Origin: Deltaproteobacteria bacterium
GTDB taxonomy: Bacteria > Myxococcota_A > UBA9042 > DTJE01
Assembly: GCA_029555025.1 (NCBI GenBank)
Contig: JAKPTZ010000121.1
Coordinates: 7,425 to 71,424, forward strand
Direction of reading: 5' to 3'
Length of the DNA: 64,000 nt
The position numbers and the translations under genes are program-made. Below, piece by piece: positions 20,007 through 30,019 of this stretch. Position 1 is the first letter of the stretch. Every line of letters starts with the position of its first letter. The notes beneath the pieces were generated by a model that did no database searches, had not been told where the DNA came from, and saw only the letters and a program-made list of their open reading frames with translations.

Positions 20007-22724
20007 ATGAAACCGGGTTACCGGGCTGCTCAAAGACTTGGAATATCTGGACTCGCCGTCGTGGCGGCCCTGCTGCTTCTTTCCCATCCGCAGGAAGCGG
20101 CGGCCCAGGCCGGCGGTGGCGCGCAGGTCCTTCCGACCGGCACGGGCGCTGTTCCACCACCGCCGCTGCCGGGTGCCAAGGCGGACAAGGGTGCCAAGGC
20201 GGCCGGCGACGCCGCGGCATCCGCAAAGGGTGGCCCGGCCGCGACACAGGCCGCGACGCCGGCGCAGGCGACCGCCCAGAAGGCCCCGGATACGGGGATC
20301 CCGCCGGAAGTCGATGAAGTGGTCACGTTCAAGACCAATTTTGAAAAGGACGTGAAGTGCCGGCCTCTGCCCCTGAATGCAAAGATCAATGTCGATTTCG
20401 AGGAGGCCCCGATCAAGGACGTCGTGAAGTTCATCGCCTGCATAACGCAGAGGAACTTCCTGATCGGCACCAACCTGAAGAGCGGCAAGACCGTTTCCAT
20501 AATGTCAACCACGCCCGTCACGGTCTATGAGGCGTACAAGGCTTTCCTGGCGTCGCTTGACATCAACGGGCTGACGATTGTTCCCTCGGGTCCCTTTTAC
20601 AAGATAGTGGAAACGGCCAAGGCCAAGACCGAGGTCGTTCCGGTCTATTCGGACAATGAGAAGGTGCCGGCCGAGGACAGGCTGGTCACGAGGATCGTCA
20701 ACCTGAAGTACATCGACGTCAACGACGTCAGCCAGGTGTTGACCAAGTTCAAGACCGCGGCCGGCGACGTCGCGATCTATCAGCCCGGAAATTCCCTGAT
20801 CATCACGGATCTTGGAAGCAACATCGTCAGGATGCTGAAGTTCATCAACGAACTGGACGCCCCGACCGGACGCGAGAAGATCTGGGTTCGGCCGGTTCAA
20901 TACGCGGCCGCGTCCGAGATGGCCACTCTGATAACGTCGATATTCGGGGAGAAGGGGGGTAGCTCCGGTTCAGGGCAGCCCCGCAAGGGTGCCCCCGCGC
21001 AGCAGGCAACCGGTGAGGATGCCGCCGCTTCCAGGACACCTGAAGGCGCTTCCATCGTTTCAAAGGTCATCCCTGACGAGCGCACCAACCAGCTCATCAT
21101 CGTGGCCACGCCGGCCGCCTACATGAAGATCGACAGGCTGCTTCGCCGGATGGACATGCCCATCGAGGGCGAGGGCCAGATTCACATTTACTACCTTGAG
21201 AACGCGAATGCCGAGGACGTGGCGTCAACGCTGTCATCGCTTGCTTCCGGTTCCGGCTCCGGAAAGAAGGGCGGCAAGGGTGCCTCCGCGGGCGGGGCCG
21301 CATCGCTCTTTTCCGGCGAGGTCAAGATAACCGCCCACAAGCCGACGAACAGCCTGGTCATCGAAAGCACCCTGAAGGATTACATGGCGCTCAAGCGCGT
21401 CATCCAGCAACTCGACATCAGGCGGAAGCAGGTCTATGTCGAGGCCGTGATAATGGAGATTTCGTCCAACAAGAATAAGAACTTCGGCATATCGGGCAGC
21501 TTCGGGGCCAGCCTGAATATCGGCGGCGAGTCGGTTCCGCTGCTGATGGGGCTGGGCGGGCTTGGTCTTTCCGGACTTGACGTCAACCAGCTTACCAGCG
21601 GCGGCATGGCTTTCGGCATGCAGGGGCCGATGGTCAACCTTAATGCGGGCAGCACCGGCGGCACGACCGGAACGCTTTCGATCCCCGCCTACGGTTTCGC
21701 GATTCAGGCTATCCAGACCAACTCCGACGTCAATGTCCTTTCGACTCCGCATATCCTGACCATGGATAACGAGGAAGCCGAGATAGTCGTCGGAAAGCAG
21801 ATTCCTTACCAGGCCAGTTCCGGCACGGGCCTGAACAGCCTGCTTGGAAACTACGGCGGGCTGACCGGCGCGACCAGCGGCCTGGCGACATCCGCTCTTT
21901 CGTCACTGACCGGGAGCCTTGGTTACGGGGGATACGTCCAGCGAATCGACGTTGACATGACGCTGAAGATAACGCCCCAGATCAGTGAATCCAACTTCGT
22001 GCGGCTGCAGATCCAGCAGCAGCTTGACGATGTCGAGTCGATGGACACGACCCTTGGCCCAACCACGTCGAAACGAAAGGTGTCCAATACTGTCGTCGTC
22101 AAGGATCAGCAGCCGGTCGTAATCGGCGGCCTGATCCGCGATGTCGAGACGTCCGGCATCGACAAGGTTCCGCTTCTCGGGGACATACCGGTTCTTGGCG
22201 CGCTCTTCCGGCGATCCGTCAAGACGGTCGAGAAGCGCAACCTTCTGATGATCATCATTCCCTACATTATCGAGGATCCGTCGGATCTTCAGCGAATCCA
22301 TGACCAGAAACTCGAGGAAATGCGCGAGTTCGCGGAATACATGGCCACCAGGAAGCAGGAATACCAGGGCGGCATCGACTACCGGAAAAAGATTGGGCTT
22401 ATCGAGGACATCACCCGGACGATGGAAAAGGTCAGGAAGGATCGCGAGATGCTCGAACAGACCACGTTTGACAACGTTGACCTGGTCGGCGCGCCTGCCG
22501 GACACGATCTCGAGTTCGATCCCCTTTCCGCCGCACCTGCCGCGGTCCAGCAGGAATCCGGCCAGGGCAGCGGCGATGTCGTTCCGGCGAAGAAGCAGGG
22601 GGCATCAGCGGGCCAGTCGAAGGCACCGGTTCTTCCACCTCGGGCCGAGCCTTCCGCCGCGCCCGCGCCGGCCGTGGAGATGGGTGCCGAGGAGCAGGAG
22701 CCGACAGTCCCCCTGATTGACTGA
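20007..22724 (+). CDS. gspD: Type II secretion system secretin
   Basis: Signal peptide, N0/N1-N3 domains and secretin core (VPLLGDIPVLGALFR). Ala/Pro-rich N- and C-terminal extensions bring it to 905 aa. Confidence 0.9.
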   Translation: MKPGYRAAQRLGISGLAVVAALLLLSHPQEAAAQAGGGAQVLPTGTGAVPPPPLPGAKADKGAKAAGDAAASAKGGPAATQAATPAQATAQKAPDTGIPPEVDEVVTFKTNFEKDVKCRPLPLNAKINVDFEEAPIKDVVKFIACITQRNFLIGTNLKSGKTVSIMSTTPVTVYEAYKAFLASLDINGLTIVPSGPFYKIVETAKAKTEVVPVYSDNEKVPAEDRLVTRIVNLKYIDVNDVSQVLTKFKTAAGDVAIYQPGNSLIITDLGSNIVRMLKFINELDAPTGREKIWVRPVQYAAASEMATLITSIFGEKGGSSGSGQPRKGAPAQQATGEDAAASRTPEGASIVSKVIPDERTNQLIIVATPAAYMKIDRLLRRMDMPIEGEGQIHIYYLENANAEDVASTLSSLASGSGSGKKGGKGASAGGAASLFSGEVKITAHKPTNSLVIESTLKDYMALKRVIQQLDIRRKQVYVEAVIMEISSNKNKNFGISGSFGASLNIGGESVPLLMGLGGLGLSGLDVNQLTSGGMAFGMQGPMVNLNAGSTGGTTGTLSIPAYGFAIQAIQTNSDVNVLSTPHILTMDNEEAEIVVGKQIPYQASSGTGLNSLLGNYGGLTGATSGLATSALSSLTGSLGYGGYVQRIDVDMTLKITPQISESNFVRLQIQQQLDDVESMDTTLGPTTSKRKVSNTVVVKDQQPVVIGGLIRDVETSGIDKVPLLGDIPVLGALFRRSVKTVEKRNLLMIIIPYIIEDPSDLQRIHDQKLEEMREFAEYMATRKQEYQGGIDYRKKIGLIEDITRTMEKVRKDREMLEQTTFDNVDLVGAPAGHDLEFDPLSAAPAAVQQESGQGSGDVVPAKKQGASAGQSKAPVLPPRAEPSAAPAPAVEMGAEEQEPTVPLID

Positions 22725-22781
22725 CCTGCCTGAAAGGTGTCGGGAGCGTCCCGTCGTTCGGCGGGGCTTGCGGAGAGTCAG

Positions 22782-24503
22782 ATGTCCGGAACTGGAAATG
22801 AATTCATCAGCAGGTTGCTTCTGGAGCACAGGCTGGTCGATGTCGAGTCCCTGGCGAAGGCCGAGGAGGCTCGCGGCCAGCGCCAGGAGCGTGGCCTGGT
22901 CGAGACCCTCCTGGACATGGGCCTGATGGAGGAGAAGCGATACCTGGCGGCCTTTGGATCGATTCTTGGCCTTGACGTGCTCGAGTCCCTGCCGCTGGAC
23001 GATGTTGACCTGAACCTGCTCAAGCTTGTTCCCATCACGTGGGCCCGTGAAAACTCGGTGCTTCCAATCCGCAGGGACGACGACAGGATTGTTGCCGCGA
23101 TATCAAATCCGCTGAACCTGTCGATTGTTGATGACCTGAAGGCGCTGTTCGGCGCCCGTGTCGAGATTGTTCTGGCATCCAATGACGTGGTTGAGGACGG
23201 AATCAACCAGGCTTACCAGAGGTTGACGGGGCTGGAAGGCACGGCCTCGGCGGTTTTCGGCGACGACGAGAACGATCTGGAAAAGGCCGCGGCCGACCTT
23301 GAGGAGAGCAGCCGCGATCTGCTTGACGTCACCGACGAGGCGCCGGTAATCAGGCTGGTCAATTCAATTCTCGGACAGGCCGTCAAGGAGAGGGTCAGCG
23401 ATATCCATATCGAGCCTTTCGAGAAGCTTCTTTCGGTTCGCTTCCGGAAGGACGGGATTCTTCGCGAGGTGCTTAGGCCGCCCAAACGGTTCCAGGCGTC
23501 AATCACAAGCCGAATCAAGATTATGGGCAACCTGAACATCGCCGAAAAGCGTCTTCCCCAGGACGGTCGAATCCGAAGGGTCGTGGCCGGAAAGGAAATC
23601 GACGTCCGCCTATCCTCGGTTCCGACGTCTTTCGGTGAACGCCTGGTTCTTCGAATACTTGACAAGTCCTCGACGATTCTGGACTTGACGGATCTCGGGT
23701 TCGACGGCGACAAGCTGAAGGTGATGCATGAGCTGATAACAAGGCCGCATGGAATCATCCTTGTCACCGGCCCGACCGGGTCCGGCAAGACGACGACCCT
23801 TTATGCCTGCCTGACAAGGATTAATACCCCGGACAAGAACATCCTGACGGTCGAGGATCCGGTCGAGTATCAGATTAACGGGATCGGACAGGTGCATGTC
23901 AACACCAAGATCGGGCTGACCTTCGCAAGCGGTCTTCGCGCGTTCCTGCGCCAGGATCCGGACGTCATCCTGATCGGCGAAATTCGCGACCGTGAAACCG
24001 CGGAAATCGCCGTTCAGGCGTCTCTTACAGGTCACCTGGTCTTTTCAACGCTTCACACAAATGACGCATCGTCGGCGTTCACCCGCCTGGTCGATATGGG
24101 GATCGAGCCGTTCCTGATTGCAAGTTCCGTGCTGGCCACGGTGGCCCAGCGCCTTGTCAGGGTGGTGTGTCGCGAGTGCCGCGAACGGTACGAACCTTCC
24201 CGCGGCGAGCTTGAAACCCTTGGGATCGACCGGATCCGGCCGGAGGACACATTCTACAGGGCTGTCGGATGTCCGGCCTGTTCGATGACGGGATACAGCG
24301 GACGAAACGCGATTTACGAGATCCTGAAGGTCGAAGACCAGGTCAGGGAACTGGTCATGAAGAGCGCCGACGCCTCGGAAATCAAGCGTATGGCGATGTC
24401 ACTGGGCATGAGAACCCTGCGCCAGGACGGCGTTGACAAGGTCAGGCGGGGCATCACGACGGCCGAGGAAGTGATGCGGGTCACGCAGGGCGACGATGAA
24501 TGA
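22782..24503 (+). CDS. gspE: Type II secretion ATPase
   Basis: T2SSE N-domain, Walker A 'GPTGSGKTT', Asp/His boxes and a tetracysteine motif. ATG at 22782 after GGAGAG; the ORF opens at 22737. Confidence 0.9.
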   Translation: MSGTGNEFISRLLLEHRLVDVESLAKAEEARGQRQERGLVETLLDMGLMEEKRYLAAFGSILGLDVLESLPLDDVDLNLLKLVPITWARENSVLPIRRDDDRIVAAISNPLNLSIVDDLKALFGARVEIVLASNDVVEDGINQAYQRLTGLEGTASAVFGDDENDLEKAAADLEESSRDLLDVTDEAPVIRLVNSILGQAVKERVSDIHIEPFEKLLSVRFRKDGILREVLRPPKRFQASITSRIKIMGNLNIAEKRLPQDGRIRRVVAGKEIDVRLSSVPTSFGERLVLRILDKSSTILDLTDLGFDGDKLKVMHELITRPHGIILVTGPTGSGKTTTLYACLTRINTPDKNILTVEDPVEYQINGIGQVHVNTKIGLTFASGLRAFLRQDPDVILIGEIRDRETAEIAVQASLTGHLVFSTLHTNDASSAFTRLVDMGIEPFLIASSVLATVAQRLVRVVCRECRERYEPSRGELETLGIDRIRPEDTFYRAVGCPACSMTGYSGRNAIYEILKVEDQVRELVMKSADASEIKRMAMSLGMRTLRQDGVDKVRRGITTAEEVMRVTQGDDE

Positions 24504-24528
24504 GCCGGGTTCGCCCGGGGAGCCGTAG

Positions 24529-25785
24529 ATGCCGCTTTTCGAATACAGGGGAATATCGGCGAAGGGAAAGCAGGTCACGGGAGTGTCCGAAGCCGACGGT
24601 GTTGCCGAACTTACGTCGAAGCTGAAGCGCGAAGGCATATACGTCACCAGAGTCACGGAGTCCGGCGGAAAATCCCCCAGGGCCGGAAAGCCCCAGTCCG
24701 GTTCGGTGCTTTCGAAGGAAGTCGATTTTTCAAGGTTTTTCGATCGGGTGAAGTCGGCCGACGTCGCCGTGATGACCCGCCAGTTCGCCACGTTGCTGAA
24801 GGCCGGGGTTCCCATGGTCGAGTCCCTGGCCGCCCTTGTCGATCAGCAGGAAAGCCGGAAATTAAAGACGATGCTGGGCCAGATTCGCGAAAGGGTGCGC
24901 GAGGGCGCGTCCCTGGCCGACGGACTGAGCGACCACAGGAACGTCTTTCCTGATCTGTACATCAACATGGTCAGGGTCGGCGAGGCCTCCGGCACGCTTG
25001 ACATGGTTCTTGAGCGGCTGGCCGACTTTCTCGAGTCGAGCGTGAGGCTTAAGTCCAAGATAACGTCGGCGATGGTCTATCCGATCATAATGACGTGCGT
25101 CGGCATCCTCATAGTATCCCTGATGATGGCCTTCGTCGTACCGAAGATGACCGAGATGTACGCCGATATGGGCGGTGACCTGCCACTTGCCACAAGGCTT
25201 CTTAAAGGCGCCAGCGACCTGCTTCGAGCAACCTGGTTTGTACTTATTCCGGCCATATTCGGCACGGTTTATGCGCTTCGAAGGTACTTCAGGACCGAGG
25301 CCGGCCGCCTTAAGTGGGATCGTTTCATGCTCCGGGTTCCGGTCTTCGGGCGGCTGAACCGGCTGGTTGCGGTGGCAAGGTTCGGCCGTACCCTTTCAAC
25401 CCTGCTTTCTTCCGGGGTTCCGGTCCTTACTTCGCTTGAGATCGTCAGGACGATTGTGAATAACGAAATCATGGCAAGGGTCATCGACGACGCGCGTGTC
25501 GCGGTCAGGGAGGGAGACAGCCTGGCGAGCCCCCTCAAGGCCAGCGGTCAGTTTCCCCCTATGATGACCCACATGATCACCATCGGGGAAAAGACGGGCC
25601 AGCTCGAGGCAATGCTGAAGAACGTCGCCGATTCTTATGACGCCGAAGTCGATGCGAAGGTTTCGACGCTCACGGCAATCCTGGAGCCCGTGATGATCGT
25701 CGGGATGGCACTGATGGTGGCTTTCCTGATTGCCGCATTGCTGATGCCGATGCTGCAGATGAACGAACTGATTTCCGTCGGGTAG
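24529..25785 (+). CDS. gspF: Type II secretion inner-membrane platform protein
   Basis: Duplicated T2SSF domains, 418 aa. Confidence 0.9.
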   Translation: MPLFEYRGISAKGKQVTGVSEADGVAELTSKLKREGIYVTRVTESGGKSPRAGKPQSGSVLSKEVDFSRFFDRVKSADVAVMTRQFATLLKAGVPMVESLAALVDQQESRKLKTMLGQIRERVREGASLADGLSDHRNVFPDLYINMVRVGEASGTLDMVLERLADFLESSVRLKSKITSAMVYPIIMTCVGILIVSLMMAFVVPKMTEMYADMGGDLPLATRLLKGASDLLRATWFVLIPAIFGTVYALRRYFRTEAGRLKWDRFMLRVPVFGRLNRLVAVARFGRTLSTLLSSGVPVLTSLEIVRTIVNNEIMARVIDDARVAVREGDSLASPLKASGQFPPMMTHMITIGEKTGQLEAMLKNVADSYDAEVDAKVSTLTAILEPVMIVGMALMVAFLIAALLMPMLQMNELISVG

Positions 25786-25838
25786 TTTTCCGGGCCGCTG
25801 ACACCGTTCCAGCGGTCCGTTCAAGCAGGAGAATTGGA

Positions 25839-26255
25839 ATGAATGCCAGATCCCTTCTGATGCATCGTGTGTGTCGCGTCACTGCCGCGCGCGGCATGAC
25901 CCTGATCGAAATCATGGTTGTCATCGCGATTATCGGCATCGTCATGACCGCGGTCGGCGTGGGTGTCGTTCCCCAGTTGAACAAGGCCAGGATCAAGGCC
26001 GCGGCGGCGCAGTTGAACACGATCGAAAACGCGTTGACGACTTACTCCCTGGACGCGGACACCCCCAATTCCCTGGAGGAACTGACCAAGGGCGGGGGCG
26101 CGCTCCTGAAGGCCAAGCAGTTGAAGGATCCGTGGGGCACGCTGTTTACGTACGCGTATCCCTCGTCGGACAGCGACCGTGAGTACGACCTGTGCTCGAA
26201 CGGTCCGGACAAGCGGGCAGGCACGGACGACGACATCTGCAATTATGAAAAGTGA
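25839..26255 (+). CDS. gspG: Major pseudopilin
   Basis: Prepilin motif 'RG/MTLIEIMVVIAIIGI' and 'KDPWG' motif. AGGAGAA RBS. Confidence 0.85.
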   Translation: MNARSLLMHRVCRVTAARGMTLIEIMVVIAIIGIVMTAVGVGVVPQLNKARIKAAAAQLNTIENALTTYSLDADTPNSLEELTKGGGALLKAKQLKDPWGTLFTYAYPSSDSDREYDLCSNGPDKRAGTDDDICNYEK

Positions 26256-26287
26256 TGTCCGTCCGCCCGCCAGAGGATTGCCGGCAC

Positions 26288-27118
26288 ATGAAGGCGCCTT
26301 GTCAAAAGGGTTTCACCGTCCTGGAATTGATGGCGGTAACCGCCGTCGTCATGCTCATGGCCGTTGCAGGCACGGTGACGGTGCGGGCCGTCCGTCGTGC
26401 CGACATCAGCGCGGCCGCGTCGAGAATGTCGGCGGCAATCAGATATACCTATGACACCGCCGTCCTCAACAACGGAACGTACCGCCTTGTAATCGATATT
26501 GCCTCCGGCTCGTGGTGGGCCGAAAGGGTTGATACCAGCGAGACATGTTCCACCACCGCCGTCCTCCCGGGAGAGGACGAGGAGGACGCCGAGGACGGTG
26601 ATGAGGACAGGCCGGGACTCCGGTCTGGGTCAAATCCCTTTGATGGCGGTTCGATGGCGACACGGATGTGGGACATGGCCGCAATCGCGGCAGGTTCGGG
26701 TGAAGACGGCGGCGGCAGCGGCGGAACCCTGGCGGCGGCGGTCGCGGAAGGCGTCGCGTCCATCAACCAGAAGGGCCCTTCGCAGCCGGCTTCCGCGCGC
26801 GTGGAAAAGTCGGACGAAGCCAGGGAGGCCGCCCGGGAGTTGAGGCGGCAGCGGCAGCGCGTCCGCGACGAACTCCTGAAGAAGAGCGACCTGCCTTCTG
26901 GAATACAGTTCAAGGCCGTGGCTACCGGCCACGGGGACGAACCGGTCGAGGAAGGGCTGGCCGAGATATATTTCTTTCCCAGCGGCTATGTGGAGAGGGC
27001 CTATATCTACCTGCAGCTTGGGGAGGACGTCTATACGATTGAAACGGTTCCCCTGCGTGGAACAGGGGTGATTCACAAGGAAGAACTCGACTCCAGGGAA
27101 GTATTCAGGAAGGGATGA
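26288..27118 (+). CDS. gspH: Minor pseudopilin (GspH-like)
   Basis: 'KGFTVLELMAVTAVV' prepilin-type N-terminus. Confidence 0.6.
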   Translation: MKAPCQKGFTVLELMAVTAVVMLMAVAGTVTVRAVRRADISAAASRMSAAIRYTYDTAVLNNGTYRLVIDIASGSWWAERVDTSETCSTTAVLPGEDEEDAEDGDEDRPGLRSGSNPFDGGSMATRMWDMAAIAAGSGEDGGGSGGTLAAAVAEGVASINQKGPSQPASARVEKSDEAREAARELRRQRQRVRDELLKKSDLPSGIQFKAVATGHGDEPVEEGLAEIYFFPSGYVERAYIYLQLGEDVYTIETVPLRGTGVIHKEELDSREVFRKG

Positions 27119-28008
27119 AGGGTGGGGCTGTGACGGGATTCCGGCATGCCATCGATGTGATTATTTCGACCCGGCGCGGTCGCGCGACCGGCGTCCGAGG
27201 CTTCACCCTGCTGGAAGTCATGGTCGCGATGACCATACTTGCAATGGGAATCGGGGTCATCTCGTATGCGAATTCGGCGGCGATGACCCAGATTTCGCGG
27301 GTCACGCGGATGACCACCGCATCCTTCCTGATGGAAAGCGTCGTCAACGACATCCAGGCCTATTACGTCAAGGAGGGGTTTCCCTCGAATGACCTCGAGG
27401 GCCGTGGCTGTGAGCTTCCCAATGAATTCTCGGACGTGTTCGAGTGCTCCTATGATCTTCTGGCCATGGATCTCGAGCCTTCCCAGATGCAGGAACTGAT
27501 GAATGTCGGGATGGAGGCGTTCACCGGCAGCATGGGCAGTCTCGCCGGCGGCGAGGAAGGCGCCGCGGCCGGGATTTCCGGCATGGATGTCGGACGCATG
27601 GCGGCGCTGGCACCACTGTTCGGTCCGATGGGCGGCGAAATCATGTCGCTTTGCGATATCAACCTGAGCCAGTTGATGATGGGAATAACGATGTTGTCGT
27701 CCTACATGCCCCAGATCATCGACCAGGTCGCCCAGAGGACACGGAAACTCACCGTTACGCTTTCATGGCGGGACGGTCCCCGCGGACAACGTGATTTCAC
27801 CATTGAAACTTTTATCGTGTCGCTGCCTGAGGAATTGATCCGGCAGGCGCGCGATCAGGAAATGGCGCGCGAGGCTGCCGAGGAGATCCAGGGTTCCGTC
27901 CAGAGTTCCGCGCCGTCTGCTGGTGGCTCCGGCGGAACAGGTGGCGGTGTCGGCAACCTGCTGCAGACGTTGACCGGCACGGCTGGCGCCGCGGGAGGCC
28001 TCAAATGA
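27115..28008 (+). CDS. gspI: Minor pseudopilin (GspI-like)
   Basis: 'RGFTLLEVMVAMTILA' prepilin N-terminus. ATGA overlap with gspH. Confidence 0.55.
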   Translation: MKGGAVTGFRHAIDVIISTRRGRATGVRGFTLLEVMVAMTILAMGIGVISYANSAAMTQISRVTRMTTASFLMESVVNDIQAYYVKEGFPSNDLEGRGCELPNEFSDVFECSYDLLAMDLEPSQMQELMNVGMEAFTGSMGSLAGGEEGAAAGISGMDVGRMAALAPLFGPMGGEIMSLCDINLSQLMMGITMLSSYMPQIIDQVAQRTRKLTVTLSWRDGPRGQRDFTIETFIVSLPEELIRQARDQEMAREAAEEIQGSVQSSAPSAGGSGGTGGGVGNLLQTLTGTAGAAGGLK

Positions 28009-28757
28009 CCCCGGAAGTCGAGAGGACGAGGCACGCCCGAGCCGGTTTCACGCTCCTTGAAGTCATGATTGCGGTCGGTCTGCTGGTCGTGGTGTCGTTG
28101 CTGATGTATCAGTCGATATCCATAACGATGAGGGCGAGGGAGGAGATTACCCGCGTGGAGGATCTGAACCATTGCGCCCAGGTTCTGTTGTCCCACATCA
28201 AGGCCGACATATCGATGGCTTTCGTGTCCAACCACGTCAACATCGAGCAGCCGGCCTCGAACACTCTGTTCGTCGGGCGCGAGGATTCGATCCTCCTGAC
28301 GACCTTTTCGCACGAGAGGCGGCAGCGCGGAACCAGGGAGTCGGATCAGGCAGTGGTGGAGTACCGGGTCGGAACCATGGATGGTGAAGATGTGGTCTTC
28401 AGGCGCGAGAAGGCGATTCTTGACGAGGATCCCGAGAAGGGCGGCGTCGAGGAAGTGATTGCGGTTGGCGTGCGGGACTTCAAGCTTTCCTACTGGGACG
28501 ACAAGGAAGAGGACTGGGTCGATGAGTGGAAGGTCGACATGAAGGATGCAAGGCAGGCGGGGCTTGCCGGCGGCCTTTCCGAGGCGGTTGCCCCGGTCGG
28601 CGCGAAGTTCATGAAGCAGGCCCAGGAGAAGATGCTTGAGGAGTACATGCTTCCGTCCAGGGTGTATGTGAGACTCGTCCTGGCCGATTATGACGGCAAC
28701 GAGTATCCGTTTGAGACGCAGGTTCCGGTGCATATCCGGGCGCCGTTGAACTTCTAG
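28005..28757 (+). CDS. gspJ: Minor pseudopilin (GspJ-like)
   Basis: 'AGFTLLEVMIAVGLL' prepilin N-terminus. ATGA overlap with gspI. Confidence 0.55.
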   Translation: MTPEVERTRHARAGFTLLEVMIAVGLLVVVSLLMYQSISITMRAREEITRVEDLNHCAQVLLSHIKADISMAFVSNHVNIEQPASNTLFVGREDSILLTTFSHERRQRGTRESDQAVVEYRVGTMDGEDVVFRREKAILDEDPEKGGVEEVIAVGVRDFKLSYWDDKEEDWVDEWKVDMKDARQAGLAGGLSEAVAPVGAKFMKQAQEKMLEEYMLPSRVYVRLVLADYDGNEYPFETQVPVHIRAPLNF

Positions 28758-28763
28758 GAGTTA

Positions 28764-30017
28764 ATGCCGATGGGCCGGCGGTCAAACAACAGGGGCGTGG
28801 CGCTGATAGTCGTTCTGACCGGCATCACCATCCTTGCCGCGTTTTCATCGGAGTTCACATACCGCTCGAGGGTTGACATCAGGACGGCGATGAACCAGCA
28901 GAGGCGGGTTCAGGCTTATTTTCACGCGAGATCCGGGATGGAGATAGGCAGACTGGTAATCACTTCGCAGAAGATGGTTGATCAGGCCCTTTCCAGTTTC
29001 GGCCTTTCAGGAAGGGCTGCCGGTCTGGAGTTGTGGCGGTTCGCGCCCAAGTTCGTCGATGTCTTCACGTCATCGTCGCTTGAGTTTCTTGGTTTCAAGC
29101 TGATGGATCTTTCCGGAGTGCGGGGAATCGGCGTCGGGGCCGGCGGCTTTGAACTGGAGATTGTGCCCGAGGATTCCCGCATCAACGTCAACTCGGGAAG
29201 TTCGGACAAGGACAAGCGGGAGATTTTCTCCAAGCTTTACCCGATCCTGGCGGGCCAGATCGACGAGGAGCCGATGACTGGAATGGACAGGAAGGCCGCC
29301 GAGGTTATCCTGAACATTATCGACTGGGCGGATCCCGACGATTCCAGGTCCGACATCGATTCGAACGGCAACCTGCTTTCAACGGTAGGCGGCAGCGAGA
29401 ACATGAACTATTCGAAATGGGGTTACACGTCCCGTAACGCCAGGATGGATTCGCTGGATGAACTGCTGATGATTGAAGGCGTGACGGACAGCATATTCTG
29501 TCGTTTCAGCCGCATGCTGACGGTCTATAACACTTCGAAGATCAACGTGAACGACGCCGATCCCTGGCTGATCAAGGCAGTCGTGTGCGACAACCTGGTC
29601 ACCGACAAGCTGGCGGTCTGCGGGTACAACTACATGTCGCCTGGATCGGTCATGGATCAGGCCATGTACCTGTTCGAGACGTGCAGGCAGATAAAGCAGC
29701 AGTTGAACATGCCCCCGTTCATGTCGGCTTCGCAGTTCGTCAATTTCTGGACGAGGTTGCCGGAGCCCCTGAACCAGCTTGTGGTTGTCAATCCTGAAAC
29801 GTTGAGGGCGTCGGCCGGTACGAAGAGCACCGTTCTCAGGGTGGTGTCGCGAGGGTGGGTCGATGAGTCCGGGCACGAGATGTCTGCCGTCATCGATACC
29901 GGATCGACCAGATGGCTTTCGTGGAAGGAGCGCGGGTTCGATGCCTCGGGAAAACGCGACATGGGGCAGGTCGATGGCGTCGATTCCGCCGGAGAGGCGG
30001 GAACGGAAGGAAGATAA
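28764..30017 (+). CDS. gspK: Minor pseudopilin GspK
   Basis: 'RGVALIVVLTGITILAA' N-terminus typical of GspK, and size (417 aa). Confidence 0.65.
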   Translation: MPMGRRSNNRGVALIVVLTGITILAAFSSEFTYRSRVDIRTAMNQQRRVQAYFHARSGMEIGRLVITSQKMVDQALSSFGLSGRAAGLELWRFAPKFVDVFTSSSLEFLGFKLMDLSGVRGIGVGAGGFELEIVPEDSRINVNSGSSDKDKREIFSKLYPILAGQIDEEPMTGMDRKAAEVILNIIDWADPDDSRSDIDSNGNLLSTVGGSENMNYSKWGYTSRNARMDSLDELLMIEGVTDSIFCRFSRMLTVYNTSKINVNDADPWLIKAVVCDNLVTDKLAVCGYNYMSPGSVMDQAMYLFETCRQIKQQLNMPPFMSASQFVNFWTRLPEPLNQLVVVNPETLRASAGTKSTVLRVVSRGWVDESGHEMSAVIDTGSTRWLSWKERGFDASGKRDMGQVDGVDSAGEAGTEGR

Positions 30018-30019
30018 GC